DNA of 60,834 bases, taken from positions 1 through 60,834 of IMG/VR virus record IMGVR_UViG_3300044972_001994. One strand, 5' to 3'. Position 1 is the stretch's first letter. Every line of letters starts with the position of its first letter. Made by a program: the position numbers and the translations under genes. The notes beneath the pieces were generated by a model, which worked only from the letters and a program-made list of their open reading frames with translations, was not told the DNA's origin and did no database searches. Positions 18,026 to 27,344 of the stretch are shown here, piece after piece. This stretch comes from a virus. Lineage: Duplodnaviria > Caudoviricetes.

Positions 18026-19549
18026 ATGGCATCAGAAAAATCTATTATAAGAAATTATGCTAAAACTGGAATAGTCCTCGACGAACTTGCTATCGCAAAT
18101 AGATCGGGTAATATTGATAACCCAAATCCAGACATAATCGATACTGACGATAAAGAAGCTGGATACACAACTCCTGTAATCTTCATCAATGGATATTTTG
18201 TTCAGAGGTATCTGATGGATTTTCATTTGGACATGAATGGAATTCTTCCGGTAGTGAAATTTAAATTTTATATGGGTGGTACTACGTTTCTGACAGTTAA
18301 TTATCCTAAAGACGGAGATATAATTTCAATTTATATAAGATCTAATGTATCTGTCTATAAACCTATCCGAATGGATTTTAATGTTCTTAGTGTAGATTCT
18401 AATGTTTCCGGAGACCCGGAAGGGAACCTACTAATTTTTTCTATCCTGGGGGAATGCAGAATTCCTGGATTTTATACCGATGTTTGTAAAGCGTATCCAA
18501 ATAGAACTTCTCGGGATGCTTTATTCGCAGTTTCCCAAGATTTAGATTTAGGATTTGCTACAAACGATTCTTCTTTAAACGATTCAATGACTTGGATTTG
18601 TCCATTTATTTCGTATTATAATTTTATAAAGGAAGTAACCAAAAGTTCATATAAAGATGATAGAAGTTTTTATGCTACTTGGGTAGACATTTACTACAAT
18701 TTAAATTTTGTCAATCTTAACAATCAATTGGAAGCTAATAACATATCACAGCTTGTAAGAGTTCAGCCTACTGCAGGTAGAGGACAAGCAAATGATGTTA
18801 AATTTACCGGAACAGAACTTCAGAGTATTGAAACCTATTTGACAGTTACCAACGATCCAGAATTTGCAGGATATCCTTTTTTTATAAACGGCTACACTCT
18901 ACTAAGCGAAGCCGGGAATGTAACAAACGGGGCTGGATATATTCAAGTTGTTCAACTTTATAACGAAAGTTCACAATATCAGAGATCCCCAGCAGAAAAA
19001 GAAGTCACTTACAGCATACAAGCAACAACAACAGAAAACATAAGGGAAAATATGGTTCTTCAGAGAGGAAGAGCTTCGGAAAAAGAATATTTAAAAGAGG
19101 TTAGAACAAAATGGATGGGAATCTTAGATTCCGGAGAAAATGGATCAGTTCACGATAACTATTTACAGGCAAGAGTTCAAAATCCGTTAAATATATCCGA
19201 CGTAACTAAATTCACCCTTCAAGTAGAAACAATTTCTTATTTTCCAGGATTCTATAGAGGGCAGGCAATACCTGTTCTAATCTATGTTACGGATAAAGGA
19301 TTAAGAATGGATAATACCGGTAGATCTTCTAATCAGAATTCAAAAAATACAGATGGAAAAATTTTAGATCAATTTTTATCTGGCCAGTATATTTTAATGG
19401 GGTATACTGTCAGCTGGAGTCCAGAAAAGGGGTTCTATCAAATTCTAAACTTATGTAAAAGAGAATGGATTCTTAACAGTGCAGGGTCAATGCCAAAAGC
19501 ATTTCCTATCAATGTTGTTAGCGGAAGTACTCAACAGAACAATAGATAA
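18026..19549 (+). CDS. Putative baseplate hub protein (gp27/GpD-like)
   Basis: Lies between the gp53-like and gp5-like genes; C-terminal RGQAIPV...LSGQYIL...L.KREW resembles hub OB/beta-barrel ends. Confidence 0.55.
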   Translation: MASEKSIIRNYAKTGIVLDELAIANRSGNIDNPNPDIIDTDDKEAGYTTPVIFINGYFVQRYLMDFHLDMNGILPVVKFKFYMGGTTFLTVNYPKDGDIISIYIRSNVSVYKPIRMDFNVLSVDSNVSGDPEGNLLIFSILGECRIPGFYTDVCKAYPNRTSRDALFAVSQDLDLGFATNDSSLNDSMTWICPFISYYNFIKEVTKSSYKDDRSFYATWVDIYYNLNFVNLNNQLEANNISQLVRVQPTAGRGQANDVKFTGTELQSIETYLTVTNDPEFAGYPFFINGYTLLSEAGNVTNGAGYIQVVQLYNESSQYQRSPAEKEVTYSIQATTTENIRENMVLQRGRASEKEYLKEVRTKWMGILDSGENGSVHDNYLQARVQNPLNISDVTKFTLQVETISYFPGFYRGQAIPVLIYVTDKGLRMDNTGRSSNQNSKNTDGKILDQFLSGQYILMGYTVSWSPEKGFYQILNLCKREWILNSAGSMPKAFPINVVSGSTQQNNR

Positions 19550-19567
19550 ATATAAAAATACACATCA

Positions 19568-21943
19568 ATGGGAATTAAAGCAACAGATAAAAATAGGTCC
19601 TTATTTCTAAAAGGGTTTAATCTTTCTAATTCAGGAGCGAATGAGGATCCAACCTATCTTGGATTTAAGTTTGTATTTGATTTTGGATCTCTTCCGGTAA
19701 ATCTGGAATATGGATGGGCCCCGAGTCCTTTACTAAGAATCCCCAATTATACAAGTGTAAATGGTGCTGCCAATATGCCAAAAAATTTATTTGGTCAACC
19801 TCAGTACCAAAACGTAAATAGCAATGTTACCTATTATTCTGCTTATAATTATTTGCTTGAGAGAGATGGTTCTTATAGAGGATCAAATGGTCTAAAAAGA
19901 GCAAATGCTTTAAAACAATTTCAAATCCTTCTCAATAACATAAATTCAAATGCTCCTTGGTTTTTTCAATCCATAGATGGTCTAGATAAACTTGAACAAA
20001 TTGCTCTTTCCGGATTTCAAGACGAACAGGGTATGGATTCTTTCGATCCTGCAAGAACAAACAGGAAGACACTGAAAATAAATTGTTTAGAATCTTTAAA
20101 TTTAAGAATGACAGCTCTTGCAAATCTATATAATCAAGCAACTTTTGATGCTGATAATATGAGATGGCTTGTTCCTAGAAATTTGAGAAAATTCACAATG
20201 TGGATTTACGTAACGGAGATTAGAAATTTTTTCAAAACGACTAGATTAACTGGAACTTCTGCTGTAATTTCACAATTAGATGATCTTACTTCTTTACTTA
20301 CTAGCGACAGAAACCCAGGAGGAGCTATTTCAAATACCCCAGAAGGAGAAAGACAACCATCTGGCCCAGGTGCACCTGGAAATGCTTTCAATTCATTTGC
20401 TAGAGGAGTTTTATCCCAATCTGGACTAATGAACGAAGTAGATTCTTTTAGAAACCAGCAAGATCAAAGCGGGATAAAACCAGTTTTAATTTATGAGCTA
20501 AGTCAATGTGAATTCGATTTTAGTGAAAGTACCCCATTACAAACTTCTGTAGATGTAGGGATACAACCAAATGCAGCTACCCAATCTTTTAAGATCCACG
20601 TTGGAAAGGTTAGAATGAAAACTCAATTCCCCAACATCAGAACGGATAATAATTATCTTGTACTTGCAGATGGATACGATCAAAATAAAAGCTCGGTTCA
20701 AATTTATTCTGACACTTTAGATTTAGAAACCATCGTTAGCTTAGGAAGGGAGGCACTAACTAACATCACATCTCAAGCTATTAGTGATCTTATAAACGAA
20801 GGAATTAGTCAGCTTGTAAACCCAACTACTTCTGGTATCGATCAAACTTCACTCGGAAATATCTACACTTTTAACCCTTCCCAATTAGCCAGATTGACCA
20901 ATCAAGGTGGCCAATTTGGATTTAACAATGCTCAGAATTTTTTAAATGGGGCAGCAGATACAGGTATAGATAATGTATTTAAAGGAAATCTACCTACACC
21001 TCAATCAATGGGTCTTGGTGGTCCACCGGATAGACTTTACCCAATTATACAAACGGATAAAGACGTTTATTCTGGGGTTCCAGGACCAGATCTAGGTGTT
21101 CCTGGAAGAGTTTATCCTGCACCAGGTGGAGACGTTTATTCTGGGGTTCCGGGACCAGATCTAGGAGTTCCCGACAGAGTTTATCCTGCACCAGGTGGAG
21201 ATGTTTATCCAGACGTTCCTGGTCCAGATCTAGGTGTTCCTGGAAGAGTTTATCCTGCACCAGGTGGAGACGTTTATTCTGGGGTTCCGGGACCAGATCT
21301 AGGAGTTCCCGACAGAGTTTATCCTGCACCAGGTGGGGACGTTTATTCTGGAGTTCCTGGACCAGATCTTGGGGTTCCTGATAGAGTTTATGTTGATCCA
21401 ACAGGAGATGTTTATCCAAATTCTCCGGGCAGGGATCTTGGAGTTCCTGATAGAGTTTATGTTGATCCAGCAGGAGATGTTTATCCAAATTCTCCAGGAA
21501 GAGATCTTGGAGTTCCAGATAGAGTTTATGTTGATCCAGCAGGAGATGTTTATCCTACTGTTCCAGGAGGAGATCTTGGGGTTCCGGATAGAGTTTATAA
21601 AGACCCTTCTGGAAAAGTCTACCCGGATCCAGCAGGAGCTTCAATATTTCCTGGCCAAGATATAGGAAAAGTTTATTCTCCAGGGACTTTAATTTCTTCG
21701 GGATCTGAATTAAGATCTCCTGAAAATACCTTTCCTTCACCTCCTTCTCCAGTTTATGCACCACCGACGTTTAACTATCAGAGAGGGGAGATTGGAAAAA
21801 TTTACCCACCGACATCTGGGGACTTTATTGCAATGGCTCCTATTGATTTAGGAAACACCAAAGGTCCAGATAAATTTAACATAAGTCTTGGAACTTTAAA
21901 TCCACCAGACCAAACTGATTCACCAACTAGTCCAATAATATAA
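19568..21943 (+). CDS. Tail tube-fold-like baseplate protein with a Pro/Gly-rich tandem-repeat C-terminus
   Basis: N-terminal F.F.FDF..WFFQSIDGL..INCLES..YELSQCEF pattern is reminiscent of tube-like proteins; 23-aa repeat at the C-terminus; GATAAATA at 19545-19552. Confidence 0.45.
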   Translation: MGIKATDKNRSLFLKGFNLSNSGANEDPTYLGFKFVFDFGSLPVNLEYGWAPSPLLRIPNYTSVNGAANMPKNLFGQPQYQNVNSNVTYYSAYNYLLERDGSYRGSNGLKRANALKQFQILLNNINSNAPWFFQSIDGLDKLEQIALSGFQDEQGMDSFDPARTNRKTLKINCLESLNLRMTALANLYNQATFDADNMRWLVPRNLRKFTMWIYVTEIRNFFKTTRLTGTSAVISQLDDLTSLLTSDRNPGGAISNTPEGERQPSGPGAPGNAFNSFARGVLSQSGLMNEVDSFRNQQDQSGIKPVLIYELSQCEFDFSESTPLQTSVDVGIQPNAATQSFKIHVGKVRMKTQFPNIRTDNNYLVLADGYDQNKSSVQIYSDTLDLETIVSLGREALTNITSQAISDLINEGISQLVNPTTSGIDQTSLGNIYTFNPSQLARLTNQGGQFGFNNAQNFLNGAADTGIDNVFKGNLPTPQSMGLGGPPDRLYPIIQTDKDVYSGVPGPDLGVPGRVYPAPGGDVYSGVPGPDLGVPDRVYPAPGGDVYPDVPGPDLGVPGRVYPAPGGDVYSGVPGPDLGVPDRVYPAPGGDVYSGVPGPDLGVPDRVYVDPTGDVYPNSPGRDLGVPDRVYVDPAGDVYPNSPGRDLGVPDRVYVDPAGDVYPTVPGGDLGVPDRVYKDPSGKVYPDPAGASIFPGQDIGKVYSPGTLISSGSELRSPENTFPSPPSPVYAPPTFNYQRGEIGKIYPPTSGDFIAMAPIDLGNTKGPDKFNISLGTLNPPDQTDSPTSPII
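21062..21613 (+). repeat. 69-bp coding tandem repeat, 8 copies of DVYxxxPGxDLGVP[DG]RVYxxPxG
   Basis: Unit starts at 21062, 21131, 21200, 21269, 21338, 21407, 21476 and 21545; degenerate copies flank the array. Confidence 0.95.
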
Positions 21944-21944
21944 T

Positions 21945-22778
21945 ATGGCAAATCCTCACGTTCATCTCGGAGAAATAGTAGATATAAATGATCCTCTTAA
22001 ACAAGGGAGGGCTAGGGTCAGAGTGTTCGGTTTTTTTGACGAACTTGAAATTGAAGACATTCCCTGGGCAGAACAGATTTCTGGTCTTTCTTTTTCATCT
22101 TCTTTAGGTAGTGGAAATATTTCAATTCCTAGACTAGGAGCAGTGGTCAATACCCAATTTGATGGAGTTAATTACTATAAAATATTCTATGAATTTGAGA
22201 AAGAAACTGCCCCAGCTCTGCTAGATGAAATATCTAATTCTTATGAGGGAGCTCAATCTCTAATTTATGACACGGATGCTGTTAATTCAAATGGAGATAC
22301 TGGATTGAAATTATTTTTCACCAGGGGAGAAAACGGTAAAGGATTCGTTTCGGATTTTGGTGGTAGCATGCTAAACATCAGAATGGATAGTTCGGTCTAT
22401 CTGAACTCAAATTCTAAAGTACCGGGTGCTAATGTCATTCACATCAAGGATGGAAAGATTAGTTTAGGTTTAGAAAACGAAAGTAAACAACCAGCAGTTT
22501 TAGGGGATCATAACGAAAGTGCTCTAAATTCCTTATTGAGTAGACTTAACGAAGTAATGATTGCTTTGCAGACTTATTCTATTGCTCAAACTGCAGTTAC
22601 CTCTGCAATACCTATATTTTCACCACTTATTCCTGCTTTAACGGTTTTGAATACACAGATAGCAGCAGCTCAAAGCCAACTGACAAGCATTACTGCACCA
22701 ATGATAGAGACAACAAAATCCAAGACCGTTTCCATCGGAGGTGAGGGGGATGGGATTAATCCAATCACAAAACTATAA
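21945..22778 (+). CDS. gp5: Baseplate central spike, gp5/GpV-like OB-fold (no lysozyme domain)
   Basis: GEIVDINDPLKQGRARVRVFG...IPWA...IPRLGAVV OB-fold signature followed by short beta repeats. Confidence 0.85.
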   Translation: MANPHVHLGEIVDINDPLKQGRARVRVFGFFDELEIEDIPWAEQISGLSFSSSLGSGNISIPRLGAVVNTQFDGVNYYKIFYEFEKETAPALLDEISNSYEGAQSLIYDTDAVNSNGDTGLKLFFTRGENGKGFVSDFGGSMLNIRMDSSVYLNSNSKVPGANVIHIKDGKISLGLENESKQPAVLGDHNESALNSLLSRLNEVMIALQTYSIAQTAVTSAIPIFSPLIPALTVLNTQIAAAQSQLTSITAPMIETTKSKTVSIGGEGDGINPITKL

Positions 22779-22784
22779 TAGAAC

Positions 22785-23381
22785 ATGACCAGAGATCAAT
22801 TTATAATTATATACGAAAGATTTGAATCTGAGTATTCAAATGCGTTAAAAAAAGCAGATTTAGAATATCAAGAGGTAATAGCTTCTGTAAATTCATATCA
22901 AAAAATAGTTAATCCTGTAGGTAAAGAAGTCGGGAAAGCAATTTCTCCAGATGTTGAATTCGTTCTAAAAGATAAAATTCTGCCGAACGGGAATACACAA
23001 AAATCAGAAATATATTTCTTTAAAGAAGATCCTCTAACTTTAACTATACCAAGTGGAATCGAAGGGTATCCAGATTTTGGACCTTTTGATATTGATCCGG
23101 TGGATCATCCAAGTGATAAAGGATTGTCGTCCGAAAAATTGTCTGTAATTTATGGAAAAATTGTTTCTGGATATACCTCTCCAATTCTATTTAAGTATTT
23201 AGAAGTGAATTTTCTTCTCGATGAAGTAAGTTTCTTACGTAAGGAAATAGTAACTCTGCAAACGGAAGTAAAGGATCTGAGGAGAGATGTCAGATTATTG
23301 CAAATTCAGTTGGGTATTTTGACAGGAGGGGCAACAACACTACCAGATATAATAAAATATCTAAAAGATAAATTAATCTAA
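22785..23381 (+). CDS. Hypothetical protein with C-terminal coiled coil
   Basis: Heptad run EVSFLRKEIVTLQTEVKDLRRDVRLLQIQL. Confidence 0.6.
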   Translation: MTRDQFIIIYERFESEYSNALKKADLEYQEVIASVNSYQKIVNPVGKEVGKAISPDVEFVLKDKILPNGNTQKSEIYFFKEDPLTLTIPSGIEGYPDFGPFDIDPVDHPSDKGLSSEKLSVIYGKIVSGYTSPILFKYLEVNFLLDEVSFLRKEIVTLQTEVKDLRRDVRLLQIQLGILTGGATTLPDIIKYLKDKLI

Positions 23382-23401
23382 TTTAATTAGAATTTTACGA
23401 A

Positions 23402-23409
23402 GATATATA
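23402..23409 (+). promoter_or_regulatory. Putative late promoter GATATATA upstream of bS1
   Basis: Recurring motif 30 nt before the ATG at 23440. Confidence 0.65.
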
Positions 23410-23439
23410 CATTCAATCACCCTTTAAACAATAAAAATA

Positions 23440-24606
23440 ATGCAAGTAATTTCTCTATTAGAAAAAGAAACAGAAACATTTAACTGGGATCTACCCAGCG
23501 GATTCATCGTAAATAAAAAAATCCAAACCCCAAGCTACATCAAAATTTATTCCCACGAAAAATATGCTGCAGAATTATATGCTTCATATAGAGGAATCAA
23601 TCCCGGAAATCTAGAATCAGGAAAGGATTTAGAAGAAGGAAAAGTATACACGTGCAGAATTACTAGCACAGATAAAGATAGTGGATTTGCCCACACCGAC
23701 TCAGGTCAAACAATCTATTTAGACCTAAAGAAAGAAAGAAAAGATGCTCAGAAATTAGGAATACAAGGTCTTGATTTTACGATAGGAACATCCATTAAAA
23801 CTTTAATTAAGGAAATAGACGGATCTTATTATGGATCAATTGTTGATTGTTATGTACAAAATTTAAAAGATGAATTCTTCGATCAAATTAAATCTGCTTC
23901 TACAGCTTATCCAGCAAAAGTTGAAGCAATTAATAAAGGAGGATATTTAGTTGACATTTCGGGTGTTAAGTGTTTCCTTCCTGGATCACTTGCAGCAGCA
24001 AATAAAATTACAGATTTTGAATCTCTAGTAGGTAAAACAATCTATGTAATGATAGACGGTTATGTTGCACCAAAAGATATTTTCGTAGTTTCTTACAAGA
24101 AATATCTAAGCAAAATCATAGGTCAAAAAATTCAAGAATTAGATTTAACTAAGAAGTACCAAGGTACTGTTACCGGATCTTCTTCATTTGGCTTGTTTGT
24201 TGAATGGGAAGAGTTTTACACTGGTCTAATTCATAAAACGGAATTTCCAAATCAAACCGTTCAAGGATTCAATCCTGGAGACGAAATTGAATTCTATGTA
24301 AGAGAAGTTAAAGAAGACAATAAACTAACTCTTAGCTTTGAAGCACCTGTAGAAAAAATTGTTAAGCTTTATGAAATTAAAGAGGCTGTTGAAAAAGGAA
24401 CAATTTCAGAAATGGCGGCAATTGTTAAATACAGAAGAAAAAATGGTTGCTTAGTTGAATTACCAGAATCCGGTTTGATGGCTATGATACCACAAGAAAG
24501 AATAGACTCAGATGCTGATATCAGACCTGGAGACAGAGTTGGTATTTTAGTATATGAGATTGACCCAGTAATGGGTAAAATATTTGCAGACATCGTAAAT
24601 GGCTAA
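23440..24606 (+). CDS. rpsA: Ribosomal protein bS1 homolog (four S1 domains)
   Basis: KGGYLVDISGVKCFLPGS..D...VGKT..VVS (bS1 D2), YQGTVTG..FGLFVE..GLIHKTE (D3), GCLVEL..PGDRV..YEID (D4). N-terminal FNWD as recalled for Bacteroidota bS1. Confidence 0.85.
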   Translation: MQVISLLEKETETFNWDLPSGFIVNKKIQTPSYIKIYSHEKYAAELYASYRGINPGNLESGKDLEEGKVYTCRITSTDKDSGFAHTDSGQTIYLDLKKERKDAQKLGIQGLDFTIGTSIKTLIKEIDGSYYGSIVDCYVQNLKDEFFDQIKSASTAYPAKVEAINKGGYLVDISGVKCFLPGSLAAANKITDFESLVGKTIYVMIDGYVAPKDIFVVSYKKYLSKIIGQKIQELDLTKKYQGTVTGSSSFGLFVEWEEFYTGLIHKTEFPNQTVQGFNPGDEIEFYVREVKEDNKLTLSFEAPVEKIVKLYEIKEAVEKGTISEMAAIVKYRRKNGCLVELPESGLMAMIPQERIDSDADIRPGDRVGILVYEIDPVMGKIFADIVNG

Positions 24607-26017
24607 TTTCCAAAATCACTTTGATAGACTACAAGCTCTAAATGCTTCCATAATTGGATTTGAATTCGAATTCTTTTCCAATATGGTTAGAGGAAGAATT
24701 GTGGAATCCCTATCTAAGTTATTAGGAAAAAAAGTAATACTTTCGTCTAGATACCACTCAAAAATTCCAGTTACCCAATCCGTTTTTAAACTTGAGCCTG
24801 ATTATTCAGGGGGGAGTAAAATGAACGAGCTTATCACTGGTCCACTTCCATATGCCGAAGCAATTCCGGTTCTCATCAAAGTTCTTAAATGGATAGATGA
24901 AAACGGGTGGACAAATGATAAATGTGCTTTTCAGTTTAATATCAGTTTTGATAAAATGAGAAAAGATGTAGGAATGAGAATGGAAAATCTTGACAGACTT
25001 CAATTCATTTTAGGAATTGACGAGGGAATGATCTATTCTAAGTTTGGAAATAGAATGAATAACGTTTATGCAAAGTCAATCAAGAAGATAGTTCCTAGAA
25101 ATAGATTCTCTTCTATTGACGATCTAACAACAATTGATCCTAAGTTATTCAAACTTCCGGACGACAAATATTACGGAGCTAATTTTACAAAATTAAAAGA
25201 CGGCTATATCGAAATCAGATATTTAGGAGGTAGAGATTATCAAAAGAAAATATCTGAAATTAGAGAAATTCTTGACTATGTCATAATTCATCTTTATAAT
25301 ATTCTCAGCGGAAGATCTACATATTCACAGAAAGATCTTGATACGTTAAAGAAAATGATGAAAGAATACTCAAAGGTAGTAAAAAGTTTTTCGGATCCTA
25401 GAGCTTTCTTCATGAATTATCCAGATTTCCACTTGTTGGTGGATCTAAAAGGATTTGAAGAGAACATCAAGACTTATTTCCCTATGATCAGAGACAAAGT
25501 TTTTGATCTTATCGTAGAAGGGGGAGTTCGTCACGGGTTCTTTAATTATGATACTTCAACAGGAAGATTTCAGTTAAAAGATGCAAGATGCAGGGATGCT
25601 TCTTATATTACAGATTTTGACCTTCTTAATTGTGACATCAAAGGATCTAGAGTTATCAATTGCAATCTTTATTCTTGTAAAGTTAAAAATTGCCAAGTAG
25701 AAGATTCTCAATTACTAACAGGAAATACAATCGAAAATAGCAAAGTTAAAAACACATCTGCTGAATATTCTAATAGTTTAGAAGAGTGTTATATAGACTG
25801 CGCAGGAAAATCCATAGACTGTAATATAAAAGGTGGAGTAATTAGAAAGGCAGATCTTGGAAGAAATGCAAAAGTTTCTAAAGAAACTGAAGAGGTGAAA
25901 GATTTTGATGACGTTAGAAAAGCTAGATTCGTTTCCGATTCTAGATTAAAGGACTCAAATACTCTTTATAAACCTCAATCTTTCAAAGATCAAAACTGGA
26001 AGTATAAAAAACTATAA
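24599..26017 (+). CDS. Putative amidoligase (COOH-NH2 ligase, Amidoligase_2-like) with a Cys-rich beta-helix C-terminus
   Basis: IGFEFEF, EPDYS, NELITGP, NDKCAFQFNISF, KYYGANF and YIEIRY motifs; C-terminal NCDI/NCNL/SCKV/NCQV 5-residue periodicity. Confidence 0.7.
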   Translation: MANFQNHFDRLQALNASIIGFEFEFFSNMVRGRIVESLSKLLGKKVILSSRYHSKIPVTQSVFKLEPDYSGGSKMNELITGPLPYAEAIPVLIKVLKWIDENGWTNDKCAFQFNISFDKMRKDVGMRMENLDRLQFILGIDEGMIYSKFGNRMNNVYAKSIKKIVPRNRFSSIDDLTTIDPKLFKLPDDKYYGANFTKLKDGYIEIRYLGGRDYQKKISEIREILDYVIIHLYNILSGRSTYSQKDLDTLKKMMKEYSKVVKSFSDPRAFFMNYPDFHLLVDLKGFEENIKTYFPMIRDKVFDLIVEGGVRHGFFNYDTSTGRFQLKDARCRDASYITDFDLLNCDIKGSRVINCNLYSCKVKNCQVEDSQLLTGNTIENSKVKNTSAEYSNSLEECYIDCAGKSIDCNIKGGVIRKADLGRNAKVSKETEEVKDFDDVRKARFVSDSRLKDSNTLYKPQSFKDQNWKYKKL

Positions 26018-26022
26018 CTAAA

Positions 26023-26796
26023 ATGACTGAAGCAGAATTAATACAAGACATTAAAGACGATCTTTCCGCATCTTGTTCCCTTCCATACAATTTAAACGAT
26101 CAAGAAATAATTAGAATTATCAATAGAGCGAAAGCTTGGATGTATGATAACTATCAATATGCGGTAGAGCAAAGATTCTTTGTTCTAGGTTCTACTCTTT
26201 TTTCTACACAAGAATTTCTAAAGACGAGACAAATTCAACTTCCGGATAAGATTGTAACAGTTTTCGATGTCAGGGAAGCAAATAATCCTGGTGTTTCTGG
26301 AAACCCCGACAGAGACTTTGGGAGTTCAAAACTTCTTGGTTCTGAACTTCTTCTATCTCCTTTTATGGGAGACAACTTGGTTTATAGAACAGTAATGTAT
26401 TCTTATTTCGATTTAGCTAAAGCTTATTTATTAGAAACTTTTGCATTCAGATGGAACAAGAACACTAAGAAACTTACGATACTAGGAAGAAATCCTGCAG
26501 GATCACCTAACAACGTGGGAACTGGGCCGAACAACTATGTTAAGTCCGTGGCAGTTAGCTGCTTTGTTGCAATTGAAGATCATGAGTTATTTGACGATGA
26601 ACTTTTCTCCAGATACTGCAGAGCAAAAGCAAAGCAAAGTTTAGCAAGAGTTATTGGTGCTTTCAATTATAATCTTCCAGGTGGAGTTCAAGTTAACTTT
26701 TCAGAGATAAAAGCAATGGGAGATGCAGAGATGCAGGAGGTAATGGAAATGATAAATGGTGAGAATACTCCTTCATATTTCCTTCAGTGGAATTAA
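26023..26796 (+). CDS. gp13: Neck/head-completion protein, gp13-like
   Basis: IINRA...WN..TKKLTI...AKAKQ...NLPGGVQVN signature of gp13-family adaptors. Confidence 0.75.
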   Translation: MTEAELIQDIKDDLSASCSLPYNLNDQEIIRIINRAKAWMYDNYQYAVEQRFFVLGSTLFSTQEFLKTRQIQLPDKIVTVFDVREANNPGVSGNPDRDFGSSKLLGSELLLSPFMGDNLVYRTVMYSYFDLAKAYLLETFAFRWNKNTKKLTILGRNPAGSPNNVGTGPNNYVKSVAVSCFVAIEDHELFDDELFSRYCRAKAKQSLARVIGAFNYNLPGGVQVNFSEIKAMGDAEMQEVMEMINGENTPSYFLQWN

Positions 26797-26935
26797 TTTT
26801 TTTATTTAGGAAACCTTTTTGCTAGAAACCATCTAAAAGAATTACTTATATTCCCAGGGGAAGAATCTAATATACAGGGTTCCCTAACCCCAATCTTAAC
26901 TAAAATTCATTAGTTTACCCCAGTTTCTAAACGTA

Positions 26936-26943
26936 GATATATA
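26936..26943 (+). promoter_or_regulatory. Putative late promoter GATATATA
   Basis: 20 nt before the gp25-like ATG. Confidence 0.65.
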
Positions 26944-26963
26944 ATGGGAAATAAAAAATCCCA

Positions 26964-27335
26964 ATGATAGAGATTTACAATAGAGATCCAGGAGACTTCG
27001 GATATAAAGAAGGAATACTTGAAACTACAGATCCCATCGAGATCTGCATAGGTCAATTGAAGATGCTTCTTTTAACCAACAAAGGAGAAGTTTTAGGTGA
27101 CCCTGAATTTGGAATTAGCTTAGATGAATTAGTTTTTAATTTGGAGCTTTCCGAAACTTCTATCAAAAAAGAAATAGATTTTCAAATCAACACTTATTGC
27201 ACTTTGTTCTATGAACTTGGTGGATACTTTGATTTGAAATTTTATCAGGGAACTATGAGGGATATAGCCACAATAGATTTTTATATTTCCTCTCAATCAA
27301 CAAAGAGTCCAATCATAACATTACAGGTAACATAA
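26964..27335 (+). CDS. gp25: Baseplate wedge/sheath initiator, gp25-like
   Basis: LLLTNKGEVLGDPEFG..L..LVF GPW/gp25 motif; 123 aa; directly before the gp6-like gene. Confidence 0.85.
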   Translation: MIEIYNRDPGDFGYKEGILETTDPIEICIGQLKMLLLTNKGEVLGDPEFGISLDELVFNLELSETSIKKEIDFQINTYCTLFYELGGYFDLKFYQGTMRDIATIDFYISSQSTKSPIITLQVT

Positions 27336-27344
27336 TTAACATAG

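Noticed and set aside
21062-21613. 69-bp repeats as a CRISPR array
   Set aside because: Units are contiguous with no unique spacers, are in frame within a CDS and vary at synonymous positions; no cas genes are present.
21045-21764. Alternative-frame and antisense ORFs over the repeat (21045..21488-, 21333..21665+, 21555..21764-)
   Set aside because: They are by-products of a stop-free repeat unit copied in multiples of three.
23440-24606. bS1/phoH/asnB as evidence of host chromosomal DNA or a chimeric contig
   Set aside because: These genes share the phage codon style and promoter motifs, and overlap or abut phage structural genes.
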